Below, piece after piece: positions 38,319-48,196 of a DNA stretch of 64,000 nt. This stretch comes from Thainema sp. Lineage in GTDB: Bacteria > Cyanobacteriota > Cyanobacteriia > Phormidesmidales > Phormidesmidaceae. Each line of letters opens with the position of its first letter. Positions within the stretch are counted from its first letter, which is position 1. The notes below the pieces were generated by a model. That model was not told the origin of the DNA and did not search any database. It saw nothing but the letters and a program-made list of their open reading frames with translations. Location: contig JBQLZK010000016.1 of the NCBI GenBank assembly GCA_052168235.1, forward strand, positions 53,371 through 117,370. Reading direction: 5' to 3'. Made by a program: the position numbers and the translations under genes.

Positions 38319-38595
38319 CTGTTTTTGTTACTCGTTCTGCAAGGTGCCGAATGGGTTCAGGTAGATTACACGTACGGGCTAGGCATATGGAAGCTAAAGT
38401 GCGATCGCATGTTTCCTATCCTGCCTGGATTTAAACCCTAAAGGACGTTTTCCGTTGTGGCAATGCTTGAGGGGACAGAAATTCTGACAGGCTACCGGAG
38501 CAGTATAAAACCAATAATTGGCATAGCTGGAGAGCCAGTGCGATCGCAGGTGCAGATGAGTCAGCAAACTATTCTCAAAAATTTGCCAATATTTT

Positions 38596-38625
38596 TTGCA
38601 CCAGATTCAATCTAAATGTTATATT
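38596..38625 (+). promoter_or_regulatory. Putative tRNA-His promoter
   Basis: TTGCAC-N18-TATATT with an extended -10 TG. Confidence 0.5.
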
Positions 38626-38639
38626 CAAGATCGCAATAC

Positions 38640-38713
38640 GGCGGCCGTCGCCAAGTGGTCAAGGCAGTGGTTTGTGGTACCACCATACGTGGGTTCGACT
38701 CCCATCGGCCGCC
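38640..38713 (+). tRNA. trnH: tRNA-His(GUG) with encoded G-1
   Basis: G-GCGGCCG...GTGGT-TTGTGGT-ACCAC...GGTTCGACTCC...CGGCCGC-C; G-1:C73 pair. Confidence 0.96.
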
Positions 38714-38773
38714 CTTTAACCTCGTCCAAATGTACAGTAGTTTGTACAGTGACACGTTATTCGTACTCGGGCT

Positions 38774-40597
38774 GTGTCGCGTACTCATCTTTCATCGCCA
38801 GCAGAATCGCAAGTTTCGCCTCATTCTGATTATCGAGTTGATCATCCGGCTCAGCGGGCAAAGCTGATTTGGTTGAGCATCGCCCTCGCTGCAATCGCGG
38901 CCTCTCTCACGCAAATTGGCTGGGGTCAGCCGATCGTCAACGGAGCGGGGCTTAGCCTGCTGCGAGAATTTTTTGCGGCGAGCCTGCATCCTGATCTCTC
39001 GCCTGAGTTTTTGCAGACGATTCTGGGTGCAACAGTGACCACGCTAGCCTATGCGCTGTGCGGTACGTTCTTAAGCGTCCTGCTGGGTTTAGTAGGTGGC
39101 CTGTTCTCGTCGGAACTGTGGTGGCAGGCGCTGCTGCTTGGTTCTGCCCAGTCCACGTCTCGATTCGCAACCCTGTGCTGGCGGCTGATCAGAGGTCTAT
39201 TAGCGATTCCTCGCGCCATTCACGAGCTGATCTGGGGTCTGTTTTTTGTGCAGATTTTTGGCCTCGATCCGCTGGTAGCCCTATGCGCGATCGCAGTTCC
39301 ATTTGGCGCGATTTGTGCCAAAATTTTTGCTGAAATCATTGATGAAACGCCGCGTCAACCATTTTTGAGCTTGGTGAACAGCGGCGCTACCCCGCTGGCG
39401 GCATTTCTGTATGGACTGGTTCCTCAAGCGTTGCCTAACTTACTGTCCTACTGCTTCTACCGCTTTGAATGCTCAATTCGCTCGGCGGCGGTTCTGGGCA
39501 TCATCGGCGCAGGTGGACTGGGCTATGAAATCTTTCTCAGTCTCCAGTCACTACGCTATGAGCAGCTCTGGACAGGATTTTATGCGCTGATTGCCTTGAC
39601 GGCCTTAGCCGATGGCTGGAGCGCAACGCTGCGTAAGCGAATGGGCTTCACCAGTAGGCTAGATCTCAATCAGCGCTCCAAATCGTCCCCCAAATCATCC
39701 CGAAAACCGTTTCAGAACCCATCCCGGTCGCAACCATCTAGCCAATCAGAACCGACATGGGCTGTAGCCACGCCTCAACCCAAAACCGACTGGTTTGTGC
39801 GTGGGTCAATTATGGGAATTGCGATCGCAATTCCGGCCTGTTTTGCCTATCTGCAAATTGAATGGACTCGACTGGTTTCTCCGCGCACGGTGCAGCAGTT
39901 AGTCGAAATCATCCAAGCTGCTTTTCCGCCGCAGCTAGACGGGAGTTGGACTGGGCTGCTCCAGCTTTCGGCGCAGACGCTCGCTATGTCGATTTTGGCA
40001 ATTACCCTAGCGGGAGTCGGCGGCATTTTGCTGTCTTTCCCAGCCGCCAATACGATCCTGCTCAAAAGTAGCTGGCTCGCTCCTACAGAGGGGCCTGCTC
40101 CCTATCCGGTGGTCGGACGCGTGATTTGGCTCGCTAGTCGAGTGATTCTACTAGTCGCTCGCGGCATTCCGGCCCCAATTTGGGCCTTGGTTTGCCTCTT
40201 TGTCCTATTTCCTGGCATCCTGCCCGGTGCGATCGCACTAGGATTACATAATCTAGGCATTCTAGGCCGCTTAATGGCAGAAGTGAATGAAAACGCTGAC
40301 GAAGCACCCGCCCGTGCCCTCCGAGCATTAGGCGCTTCTGGCTCTGCTGTTGTGCTATATAGCCTATTGCCCCAAAATCTGCCGCGCTTTTTGGCCTATA
40401 TCCTGTACCGCTGGGAAGTGTGTATTCGAGCTACCGTCATTGTGGGTCTGGTCGGTGCAGGTGGATTAGGACGTCTGCTAACCGAACAAATCAGCAGCTT
40501 TGACTATGCCGGAGTGGTGACGACACTGGGCGTTTTTATTGTGCTGACGTTCGCTGTAGACTGGGTGAGCACATCAGCGCGGCGAGTGCTGAGGTAG
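38774..40597 (+). CDS. phnE: Phosphonate/phosphite ABC permease with two fused PhnE/PtxC-type domains
   Basis: RAIHELIWGL..YRFECSIRSAAVLGIIGAGGLG and RGIPAPIWAL..YRWEVCIRATVIVGLVGAGGLG. Confidence 0.85.
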   Translation: MSRTHLSSPAESQVSPHSDYRVDHPAQRAKLIWLSIALAAIAASLTQIGWGQPIVNGAGLSLLREFFAASLHPDLSPEFLQTILGATVTTLAYALCGTFLSVLLGLVGGLFSSELWWQALLLGSAQSTSRFATLCWRLIRGLLAIPRAIHELIWGLFFVQIFGLDPLVALCAIAVPFGAICAKIFAEIIDETPRQPFLSLVNSGATPLAAFLYGLVPQALPNLLSYCFYRFECSIRSAAVLGIIGAGGLGYEIFLSLQSLRYEQLWTGFYALIALTALADGWSATLRKRMGFTSRLDLNQRSKSSPKSSRKPFQNPSRSQPSSQSEPTWAVATPQPKTDWFVRGSIMGIAIAIPACFAYLQIEWTRLVSPRTVQQLVEIIQAAFPPQLDGSWTGLLQLSAQTLAMSILAITLAGVGGILLSFPAANTILLKSSWLAPTEGPAPYPVVGRVIWLASRVILLVARGIPAPIWALVCLFVLFPGILPGAIALGLHNLGILGRLMAEVNENADEAPARALRALGASGSAVVLYSLLPQNLPRFLAYILYRWEVCIRATVIVGLVGAGGLGRLLTEQISSFDYAGVVTTLGVFIVLTFAVDWVSTSARRVLR

Positions 40598-40615
40598 AGT
40601 TTTGCAGGTCTATCG

Positions 40616-40942
40616 CTATTCTGGCAACGTCGCCACGCAGCGCGTTGAGCGCACTTCCATCGCATCAGACACATAACAGACGCCGCCAAACTTATTTAGA
40701 AGCGGACGAATCTGCTCGATTACTGATCTGACCTGATTTTCAGCACAGAACGAGAGGATGTAGACATTGCTCAACGTCGTTGCGGCAAAATCAGAATCAT
40801 CGGTCACTTCACCCCAGGCACTGCGTCCAACCACATCGCGAATGACGGAATAGCCAGGAACGCCTGCTTCATCGAGCTTATCGAGAATTTTGTGCATCTC
40901 CCGCGAAGAGACAATAATCTCAATTCGTTTAACTAAATGCAT
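40616..40942 (-). CDS. P-II-like protein (SbtB-like)
   Basis: KRIEII, GVPGYSVIRDVVGR, IRPLLNKFGGVCYVSDA; adjacent to an SbtA-like permease; ATG 40942. Confidence 0.85.
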   Translation of the reverse strand: MHLVKRIEIIVSSREMHKILDKLDEAGVPGYSVIRDVVGRSAWGEVTDDSDFAATTLSNVYILSFCAENQVRSVIEQIRPLLNKFGGVCYVSDAMEVRSTRCVATLPE

Positions 40943-41295
40943 ACTAAATGTCCTAATTTTATGTTTTGAAAGCTTATAGCTGAATCTGGAGTGAGATAAC
41001 CTCACGTTTTATGACTGCGATCGCACCAATCACTCAGTATTCCGGCTCTGAGCGCACCAATTTAAATACGCTGGGAAAGCGGGTACCTGAACGGTCAATA
41101 CAGCACAAAGGGCAATTGCTAAAAACGCGGTCATAGGAGTTAAATCGCGCTAGCTAACGTGCATTAATCAGGATTTATTCAGACTTCAACTACTAGAGAC
41201 CGTTATCCCTAATCTAGAAATGCTGACCTGATCTAGGTGGAGGACTTCATAATTTTCTACATTACTCAGCACTCCGTCCTCAACACTTACCAATA

Positions 41296-42285
41296 TCAGC
41301 TCCAAATAAACTGAATCAGCTGAAAATAAATCGGAATGCCAATGATGATGTTGAACGGGAACGTGAGCGCGAGCGCCATCGAAATATAAAGGCTGGGATT
41401 GGCTTCGGGGACGGTTAAACGCATGGCGGCGGGGACGGCGATGTAGGATGCACTGGCGCAGAGAACAGCGAACAAGAGTGCGTCACCCACGGACATATGG
41501 ATGAGAAATGCGATCGCAATGCCGATAGCGGCATTGAGCAGCGGCATCAGAATCGAGAAGCTGATCAAGAAGGTGCCACCTTTGCGCAGATCTTGAAACC
41601 GTCGGGCAGCGACCAGGCCCATATCCAGCAAAAAGAAGGTGAGGATGCCGTAGAACATGTCGCCAGTAAACGGGCTGAGGCTCTCCCAGCCGCGCTCACC
41701 TGTTGCCAACCCGACCAGCAGACTGCCGACTAAGAGAAAGACGGAACCGTTGAGGAAGGATTCCCGCAGGACTTCCCCCCAGGAAAACTCTTCTTCAGAC
41801 TCGTCATCTTCGGCCTTGTCCCGGTTGATGAACACGCGCACCAGCAGTAAACCAACGATGATGGCGGGCGATTCCATCAGAGCTAGCGCGGCAACCATAT
41901 GGCCGCCAAAATCAACGTTTAACCGTGACAAAAAGGTGCTGGCCGTGACAAACGTTACCGCGCTAATCGAGCCATAGGTAGCTGCGATCGCAGCCGCATT
42001 GTAGACATCAAGCTTCCAGCGCAGGATAAAAAACGAGTAAACGGGCACAATCGACGCGACCACCACTGCTGCAATTAGTGAGATCGCAATCTCTGGCGTG
42101 ATTCCGCTTTCATGCAGTTCATGCCCCCCCTTAAAGCCAATTGCAAATAGTAAATACAGAGAAAATAGCTTGGGGATTGGCTGAGGAATTTCCAAATCAG
42201 ACTTAACCGCAACCGCAACTAAGCCAATAAAAAAGAACAAAATCGGCGGATTAAAAATGTTGGACAGAATGAGGTTTGGGTTCAT
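41296..42285 (-). CDS. Sodium-dependent bicarbonate transport family permease (SbtA-like)
   Basis: YLLFAIGFKGG, AATYGSISAVTF, MESPAI, FLLDMG, ASASYIAVPAAMR, TFPFNI. Confidence 0.9.
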   Translation of the reverse strand: MNPNLILSNIFNPPILFFFIGLVAVAVKSDLEIPQPIPKLFSLYLLFAIGFKGGHELHESGITPEIAISLIAAVVVASIVPVYSFFILRWKLDVYNAAAIAATYGSISAVTFVTASTFLSRLNVDFGGHMVAALALMESPAIIVGLLLVRVFINRDKAEDDESEEEFSWGEVLRESFLNGSVFLLVGSLLVGLATGERGWESLSPFTGDMFYGILTFFLLDMGLVAARRFQDLRKGGTFLISFSILMPLLNAAIGIAIAFLIHMSVGDALLFAVLCASASYIAVPAAMRLTVPEANPSLYISMALALTFPFNIIIGIPIYFQLIQFIWS

Positions 42286-42642
42286 ATATCAACACATAAA
42301 CGAACATAAACGAGTAGCTTTTAACAGCAACCCAGTTCAGCGAAAAGACGGCCATCAGCTAGCCCTATCTAGCCTAAGCGACGGCAGCTTAGTTGCAACA
42401 CTCCACATATTAGCTGACCCTTCACACCAATCGACTTTAGGCTGTGACTTGATTGGATAACACTCAGCAAGATTTAGTCCATCGCTGCACGAAGAATCAT
42501 AATAAACAGCAATAAAAAGATGACTAATTTTACATTTATGACAATAGTAAAAATGCAGATTCGTGCATAGTGAGTATAAAAATCGTATTTATCGCTTCAA
42601 ATGGATCTAAAAACAGGATTAGAGTCATTGAATGATGATTTT

Positions 42643-42746
42643 TATAGCCTTTCCTAGGCTACTGAGGTACAGGTTATTTTTTGAAAGCTACGCGAAACGT
42701 GGCTTTCAAAAAATAATCTCCCTTTACTAGCGCAAGAAGCGCTACA
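42643..42746. mobile_element. MITE-like hairpin element (TATAGC-type ends, degenerate)
   Basis: Core AGGTTATTTTTTGAAAGCTACG-CGAAA-CGTGGCTTTCAAAAAATAATCT inside a 104-bp TATAGC...GCTACA shell. Confidence 0.6.
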
Positions 42747-42926
42747 AGATCGCTAATGATTGTTTGATTGGGTACAAAAAATGTCAATTCACTTATAGTT
42801 TCAGTCACGGTCTAGAAGACTGTAGCAGTCAAAAATTGACTAGAAGCCAAGTCATTAGCTTGTCTTAAGCAGTTTGCTGCACGTTATCGGTCTTCTCATG
42901 TCTTGCACCCTGTCCGCTCCTCAGGG

Positions 42927-45545
42927 CTAACGATTTAGACAATAAGACAATTCATTAAGTTCATAGGAGGCAACGGATGCGAACCAGTCATTCTGGATTT
43001 GGCGAGCTGTGTCTCTAGTCAAAAAGCGATTAACGAAGCGTCGCCAGTCGGGATCATCGTTTGGGAGAATCAGCCCATAGAAATCACAGGTGAGGGGCAA
43101 ATCAGGCACCAGCGTATATTGTTCGAGAGGCAAATTTTGCTGAAGCGCCTCAGCGACTAAGAGAACGCTGTCGTTGGCGAAGGCATCAATTTGACGGCTA
43201 TTTAACGCTGCAAGCGCATCAACAGAACCAGCAGGCGGATCAAAATAGACAAACTCTGCTTTAGGATAAGTGGTCTGAAAAAACCGTTCTGTGGTTGTGT
43301 TGGACAACAAACCAATTCGCACACCTTCAAGGGACAGATTGGGATTGATGGTGTCTTGATCGGTAGCCTGCACCAGCAGACGGGTGCCCGTGCCTAAAAA
43401 GGGGTTGGAAAATACGACTCCATCAATATCCTCACGAATGGTGTTAGGGCCGCATTCAAAATCGACGTAGCCATTTTGTACGAGTTCAAATCGATCGTCT
43501 AGGGTAGACGGCAGTTCTGCCAGTTCGACAGTGATCCCAAAGCCAAACTGCCCTGAAATTTCGTCTCGGAGTGCTATGGCCAGGTCTTGGCAGTAACCTG
43601 TCCACTGATCGTCGGAATTGATGTAGCCGAGTGGTGCAGCGTCTCGGCGCAGAGCCACACGCAAAGTACCCGTTTCCCGAATTTGGTCAAGAATAGGTTC
43701 ATTTCTGGCCATCGCTACGGGTCTTATGGCAGGCGGAATGATGGGAAATGGTGGTGTGCCACCATGAGCCGCCGTCAACTGCTCCGGGGTTAAGGAGCGC
43801 AGCATGGCCAGAGCCAAAGGATTGCCGTCGCTCATGAATTGGGCATAGGCGGAACTGAGATAACTGGCAAATTCAGGTTGATTCCGTAAATAGGTTTTAA
43901 AGAAAGCAATACTCAAGACGCCATAGTAGGCCCGTCCAAATTCTTGATGCTCACCGATCAGCCACCTGGGGATCATCTCTGCCCCTTGGGGACTTTGCTC
44001 GCTGGTGATGAAGTGGGTAGCGGGATCAAACAAAGCTAGGTACTTTTCAGTTGCGGACATCCAAACGAAGGGATGGATCTGCTCTGTCATCATCGGGGCA
44101 ACGATATCACGACTGCCAGCCGTGAGCAGAATCGGTATCTCAATTTGGCTGATTCCTTCTGGGCCAAAGATGCCGCTACTGAGCGGATGAGCTGCGATCG
44201 CAGCTTTAATTCGAGGATCGCCCAGTTGAAAGTCTTCCGGCGGCAGATATTGGGCGCGACACTGGAGATACAGCGCCACATTAAGCTGCACGGTTTCAGC
44301 CTGACAGGTGTCCATCAGCCGCGCATAATTGATCTCGGCTCCAGCCAGCGATAGAACAGTCGTTGCTCCTAAAGAGTCACCCATCACGCCAATTTGATCC
44401 AGATTCAGTAAACCGGCCCAGTGCGGATCGCTAGTGACCAATTGCTCTAGTTCATCAATCAAAAACGAGATCTCCTGGGGCCGATTCAAAAATTCGACCG
44501 GACTCAGCAGCGTGTTTAATCGTCCCTGTAAATAGGACTGCCGATAGGCCAAGTCGCTGCCCACATGATCGGGCACCATCACCACAAAGCCGTGGGACGC
44601 GAGATGTTCGGCCACGGAAACAAAGTTTTCCTTCACGGCTCCAAAGCCGTGGGACACAATCACAATGGGCGCGGGTTCATTTAACCCCTGTGGCGCGTAG
44701 ATATCTACCGAAAAATCATAGTTGACCGATAGCCCTCTGGCTGTTTGCCGTAGGGCAGGATTGCTGACGGTGATTGTTTCAGCGCCAAATGGGTAGGGGC
44801 CGGGCTGGCTCAAATCGGCTAGTGCAGCCAAGTCATCGGTTTTAACCAATTCGGCAGCGGCCTGACTCGCTGATTCCGTCTCAATCGCCTGCACCACAGC
44901 TTGGCTGTAATCTATGTAATCCAATGCTTCTTGCCGCAGAGCTAGGAGCTGTTTGACATCCACATCAATCGACTGCGACGGAAACTCCCGCAGCACGTCG
45001 AGCGCTGTCCAGCCCGACTCATCGGCATGGGCTGCTGCATTAATCAAAGCGGCTCTTAACCCCGTGGCCCCATTTACCTGCGGGTCGATGCGAATCACTT
45101 TACCGAGCTGTTCTAGAAAGTCGCGTCCCAGGGGTGAATAGGTTAGATGATCGACTTGCACAACCCCAGTTGTAAACTGACGCTGCAATCCCTGCTGCAA
45201 AAAGCCCATCGCGGAATCATCGACAAATCGAGCCAGCAGACTGAGTCGGCCCGTCGTTTCCCCCGTTGCGGCAAAGGTTTCTAGTGCTTCAATGGGTACC
45301 GCCAACACGATTGGCCCATCCACATAAAGCCGAATCTCTTCTGCGCTCATGCCTGGTCGTGGCATCACAGCTTCAACGGTGCCAGCGGTGAGGATGGCGG
45401 CCAGAGCAGCTACGCCTGGACGAAGGAAATGGGATTGCCAGGTGGAGAGATCGGGGGATGGGGGGATCAAGTGAGCCAAATGGAGGTGCGATCGCAACCA
45501 TCGCGGATCTCTCACAAATCTCACAAGCTGGGATAGAACAAACAT
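42927..45545 (-). CDS. DUF1400-like plus alpha/beta hydrolase fused to a C-terminal amino-acid-binding (SBP family 3) domain
   Basis: SAEEI..LETFAATG, VSHGFG, PDHVGS, GDSLG, ATHF; then ILDQIRETGTLRVALRRDAAPLGY..GYCQDL..DFECG..DFYGLILP. Confidence 0.85.
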   Translation of the reverse strand: MFVLSQLVRFVRDPRWLRSHLHLAHLIPPSPDLSTWQSHFLRPGVAALAAILTAGTVEAVMPRPGMSAEEIRLYVDGPIVLAVPIEALETFAATGETTGRLSLLARFVDDSAMGFLQQGLQRQFTTGVVQVDHLTYSPLGRDFLEQLGKVIRIDPQVNGATGLRAALINAAAHADESGWTALDVLREFPSQSIDVDVKQLLALRQEALDYIDYSQAVVQAIETESASQAAAELVKTDDLAALADLSQPGPYPFGAETITVSNPALRQTARGLSVNYDFSVDIYAPQGLNEPAPIVIVSHGFGAVKENFVSVAEHLASHGFVVMVPDHVGSDLAYRQSYLQGRLNTLLSPVEFLNRPQEISFLIDELEQLVTSDPHWAGLLNLDQIGVMGDSLGATTVLSLAGAEINYARLMDTCQAETVQLNVALYLQCRAQYLPPEDFQLGDPRIKAAIAAHPLSSGIFGPEGISQIEIPILLTAGSRDIVAPMMTEQIHPFVWMSATEKYLALFDPATHFITSEQSPQGAEMIPRWLIGEHQEFGRAYYGVLSIAFFKTYLRNQPEFASYLSSAYAQFMSDGNPLALAMLRSLTPEQLTAAHGGTPPFPIIPPAIRPVAMARNEPILDQIRETGTLRVALRRDAAPLGYINSDDQWTGYCQDLAIALRDEISGQFGFGITVELAELPSTLDDRFELVQNGYVDFECGPNTIREDIDGVVFSNPFLGTGTRLLVQATDQDTINPNLSLEGVRIGLLSNTTTERFFQTTYPKAEFVYFDPPAGSVDALAALNSRQIDAFANDSVLLVAEALQQNLPLEQYTLVPDLPLTCDFYGLILPNDDPDWRRFVNRFLTRDTARQIQNDWFASVASYELNELSYCLNR

Positions 45546-45766
45546 AGTGGGCGGGGCACAAAAAACTCTCTCGCCAGATGTTATCCCGAATTCACAGCAA
45601 AGCTGCGATTATTTTATGAAAGAATAAAAATATCCCAGAGACACAAAGCTCCTCCTGCTCTCTTGCCCCCTCGCTCCTCTGCTCCCTTATTGCTATGAGT
45701 AGTACTAACCCAAAGAAACAGCAAGAAACAGTACTACTCCGCAACGAGCCTATTTAAAGGCAACAA

Positions 45767-45856
45767 TAGACTTTATTTCCAATAAAGTTTTCGGGGTTGG
45801 AAATTGTTTTGTAGCGCGGCGGAGCCGCGTTACAAAACAATTTCCGATAAGGTCTA
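45767..45856. mobile_element. MITE-like hairpin element, TAGAC family, copy 3
   Basis: Same ends and core as 28087; lies 3 bp from the SirB1-family stop codon. Confidence 0.85.
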
Positions 45857-45859
45857 ATA

Positions 45860-46675
45860 TTAATCCATCTGTTCAATCAGCCGCTGAATGACATCGGCAT
45901 CCTGTGCTAGCGGTACGGCATCTAGGTAGTGACTCAAATCTGCCTTGGCTTCTGTCCAGCGTCCGGTGTGGTAGTACAAAATTCCGCGATCGCGCTGCTC
46001 CATGACGTTCTCGGGGAAAACCAGCATAATTCGCTCGATTGCCGCCAAAGCTTTGGGCAGATCGCCCTGTTTCAAATAAATCGCCTTCAGGTTGCTCAGC
46101 ATCCGCATCAAAAAGTGACGCTTGTCTACCGTTTCTAGAAAATCATCCCGCAGCCGTGCCGATGGCCCATAGAGTTGCTTGAGTAGGTCTTCGCAGTCTT
46201 CGGGAAACAGAATTTCGCCATTGTGAAACACATCGACAAAAATTCCCATTTCTCCCTGTACGGGCCGAATCAGGAAGTGTCCCGGTAAACCGACGCCAGC
46301 CATTGGAAAATCAATTCGGTTGGCAATCTCTAGATACACCAGCGACAGCGTGATTGGAATGCCTGTCCGCTGTTCAATCACATCGTTCAAGAAGCTATTG
46401 CGCGGATCATAGTAGCTGTCTGAGTTGCCCTGATAGCCCAGGTCATCAAATAAATAGTGGTTAATGGTTTGGAGCACCCGCATGGGATAGCGCTCATCGG
46501 GCAACCGTTCGGCCACTTCGTCGGCCATTGTGTTGAGAGCATTTAAATATTCGGCAACGTCGAGGGCGGAATATTCTTCCTGAGCGATATACAGCGCCGC
46601 AGCGGCTAAATCGATGTTATCGTCTGATTTCTGTAGTTCATGGTAAAGATTCTGTCGCCCCAGGGGAAATTCCAT
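45860..46675 (-). CDS. SirB1 family protein (transglutaminase-like domain plus TPR)
   Basis: YYDPRNSFLNDVI..RTGIPITLS, GLPGHFL, RMLSNLK, RDRG; ATG 46675. Confidence 0.9.
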   Translation of the reverse strand: MEFPLGRQNLYHELQKSDDNIDLAAAALYIAQEEYSALDVAEYLNALNTMADEVAERLPDERYPMRVLQTINHYLFDDLGYQGNSDSYYDPRNSFLNDVIEQRTGIPITLSLVYLEIANRIDFPMAGVGLPGHFLIRPVQGEMGIFVDVFHNGEILFPEDCEDLLKQLYGPSARLRDDFLETVDKRHFLMRMLSNLKAIYLKQGDLPKALAAIERIMLVFPENVMEQRDRGILYYHTGRWTEAKADLSHYLDAVPLAQDADVIQRLIEQMD

Positions 46676-46885
46676 TCCGACTCCTAGCTGATATCCGATG
46701 CGTTGCGTTCTCATGCAGCTTATCGAAAAACGCACCTGCTCATCACCTTATTCCGAGTGAAGTCAACAATCCGTTTTAGCAATGCGGCAGTGGCAACGCA
46801 TGAGGGCATCTAAACCAACATGCCAATCAGCACAGCACTAGTTTCTAGAGTCAATAGCCATCCTGATCGTTGATCAAGCTATCAA

Positions 46886-46984
46886 CTAGCGCGGTGTCAA
46901 ATAAGTTTTGATGGTTGATATGCCGCGCTTTGCGCGGCATATCAACCATCAAAATCCACTACAGCAATGTTAATAAACCACTAG
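46886..46984. mobile_element. MITE-like hairpin element, CTAG family, copy 2
   Basis: Reverse-orientation homologue of 30822-30920, same 99-bp length. Confidence 0.85.
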
Positions 46985-47086
46985 AACGGTAAAGAAAATA
47001 GAACAGAAACAGAAGGGGCAGGGAAGCCTCACAAGCAACCACAGCTTGAACAACCGTATTACTAGCACTCTTACACTCCTAACCCC

Positions 47087-48184
47087 TCACCGCAATCTCT
47101 GCTTCAACCAAAAATCCAGTAGCGGCAAAGCAATGTGATAGCCAAACTGCGGCCCATAGATCAGGCCTTTCTGCTCCAGGCTATTAAGCGCACCCTGTAG
47201 ACCGCCGCCCCGAGAGAGCTGATGCTTTTTGATATAGGCATTGGATTGGGGACTGTCAGTGGGATCAAGCGCCAGGCTCTCTAGCAAACGGGCCTGGGCG
47301 AGTGGCAGGAGCAAAATCAGGGCTTCAAACGTGACGCTCATGTCTTGCACGAGGGCGAGCATGCTGCTGTGAACCCGATGAGCCTGAACCAATTTAGGAT
47401 TACCCTGAGGTGCGATCGCAGTGCAGTCTAACCAAATCCGCTGGGCCAAAGCAATGGCATCTTTGGTATGACCCTGCACGTAGCTCAAAAACAGCTCTAG
47501 CGCTTGACTATCGGGATCGAACTTTAAGCCTGCTGCCGCCATACTGCTGATAATCCAGGGCTGCAGTTCCGCACTACTTAACGGAGCCAGCTGAATGACG
47601 GGTAGTTGGCTAGCGTACATCCAGGGTTCAGCCACGGTTGCAATCAGAGCGTAGCTAACGCGGCTGTGGCGCTGAATCTCTTGCCGCAGATGGGTTTCCC
47701 ACTTGCCTTTCCGATCCCAGGAGCGAATGTGGGGGAAGTTATAGAAGACAATGACGACTTGGCAGTTGAACCACTCAGCGAGTTGCTGCGGCAATGCCAA
47801 CAGCCCTTCAAATAATGACCATTCTTTACCAGGCGTCATGGGCCAAACGAGCTGAGCTTGAGCCGCAAATGTCTGATCGAGCGTTAGGGGCTGGTCGATG
47901 CTCCACTGCTGAATTTTGGCCAGCTCGTCCGGTTCTGAAAACGTGCGCGTCAAGCCGTCTGCTAGCGCCCTCAAAAACTGATTGGCGGTACGACAGCGCA
48001 AAAAATCGATTTCTAGACAGCGAATCCCTTCTAATTTTGCAGCGTGACGAATCAGGGATCGTCGGCCAATGCCAGGCACCCCGGTCACAACAAAATCATT
48101 GTCCCGCCTCAGCAGGATTTGAACCCGCTCTAGTTCTGCATCACGACATATTTGTAGCTGGGAAACGAAAAAGTGCATCATCAA
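47087..48184 (-). CDS. Degenerate P-loop/AAA-like protein with C-terminal winged helix
   Basis: GVPGIGRRS (Walker A Lys replaced); VVIVFYNF (no acidic Walker B); C-terminal LQGALNSLEQKGLI..YHIALPLLDFWL. Confidence 0.75.
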   Translation of the reverse strand: MMMHFFVSQLQICRDAELERVQILLRRDNDFVVTGVPGIGRRSLIRHAAKLEGIRCLEIDFLRCRTANQFLRALADGLTRTFSEPDELAKIQQWSIDQPLTLDQTFAAQAQLVWPMTPGKEWSLFEGLLALPQQLAEWFNCQVVIVFYNFPHIRSWDRKGKWETHLRQEIQRHSRVSYALIATVAEPWMYASQLPVIQLAPLSSAELQPWIISSMAAAGLKFDPDSQALELFLSYVQGHTKDAIALAQRIWLDCTAIAPQGNPKLVQAHRVHSSMLALVQDMSVTFEALILLLPLAQARLLESLALDPTDSPQSNAYIKKHQLSRGGGLQGALNSLEQKGLIYGPQFGYHIALPLLDFWLKQRLR

Positions 48185-48196
48185 ATTTTTGAGTTT

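Noticed and set aside
38596..38867. ORFs 38596-38829 and 38616-38867
   Set aside because: They overlap tRNA-His.
42490..42640. NdhR/CmpR-type LysR site upstream of the SbtA-like gene
   Set aside because: AT-rich, but no clear ATAG-N8-CTAT match.
45697..45739. GAGTAGTACT-N23-AGTACTACTC as a LexA box
   Set aside because: A real 10-bp inverted repeat, but it does not fit the cyanobacterial LexA spacing; no function assignable.
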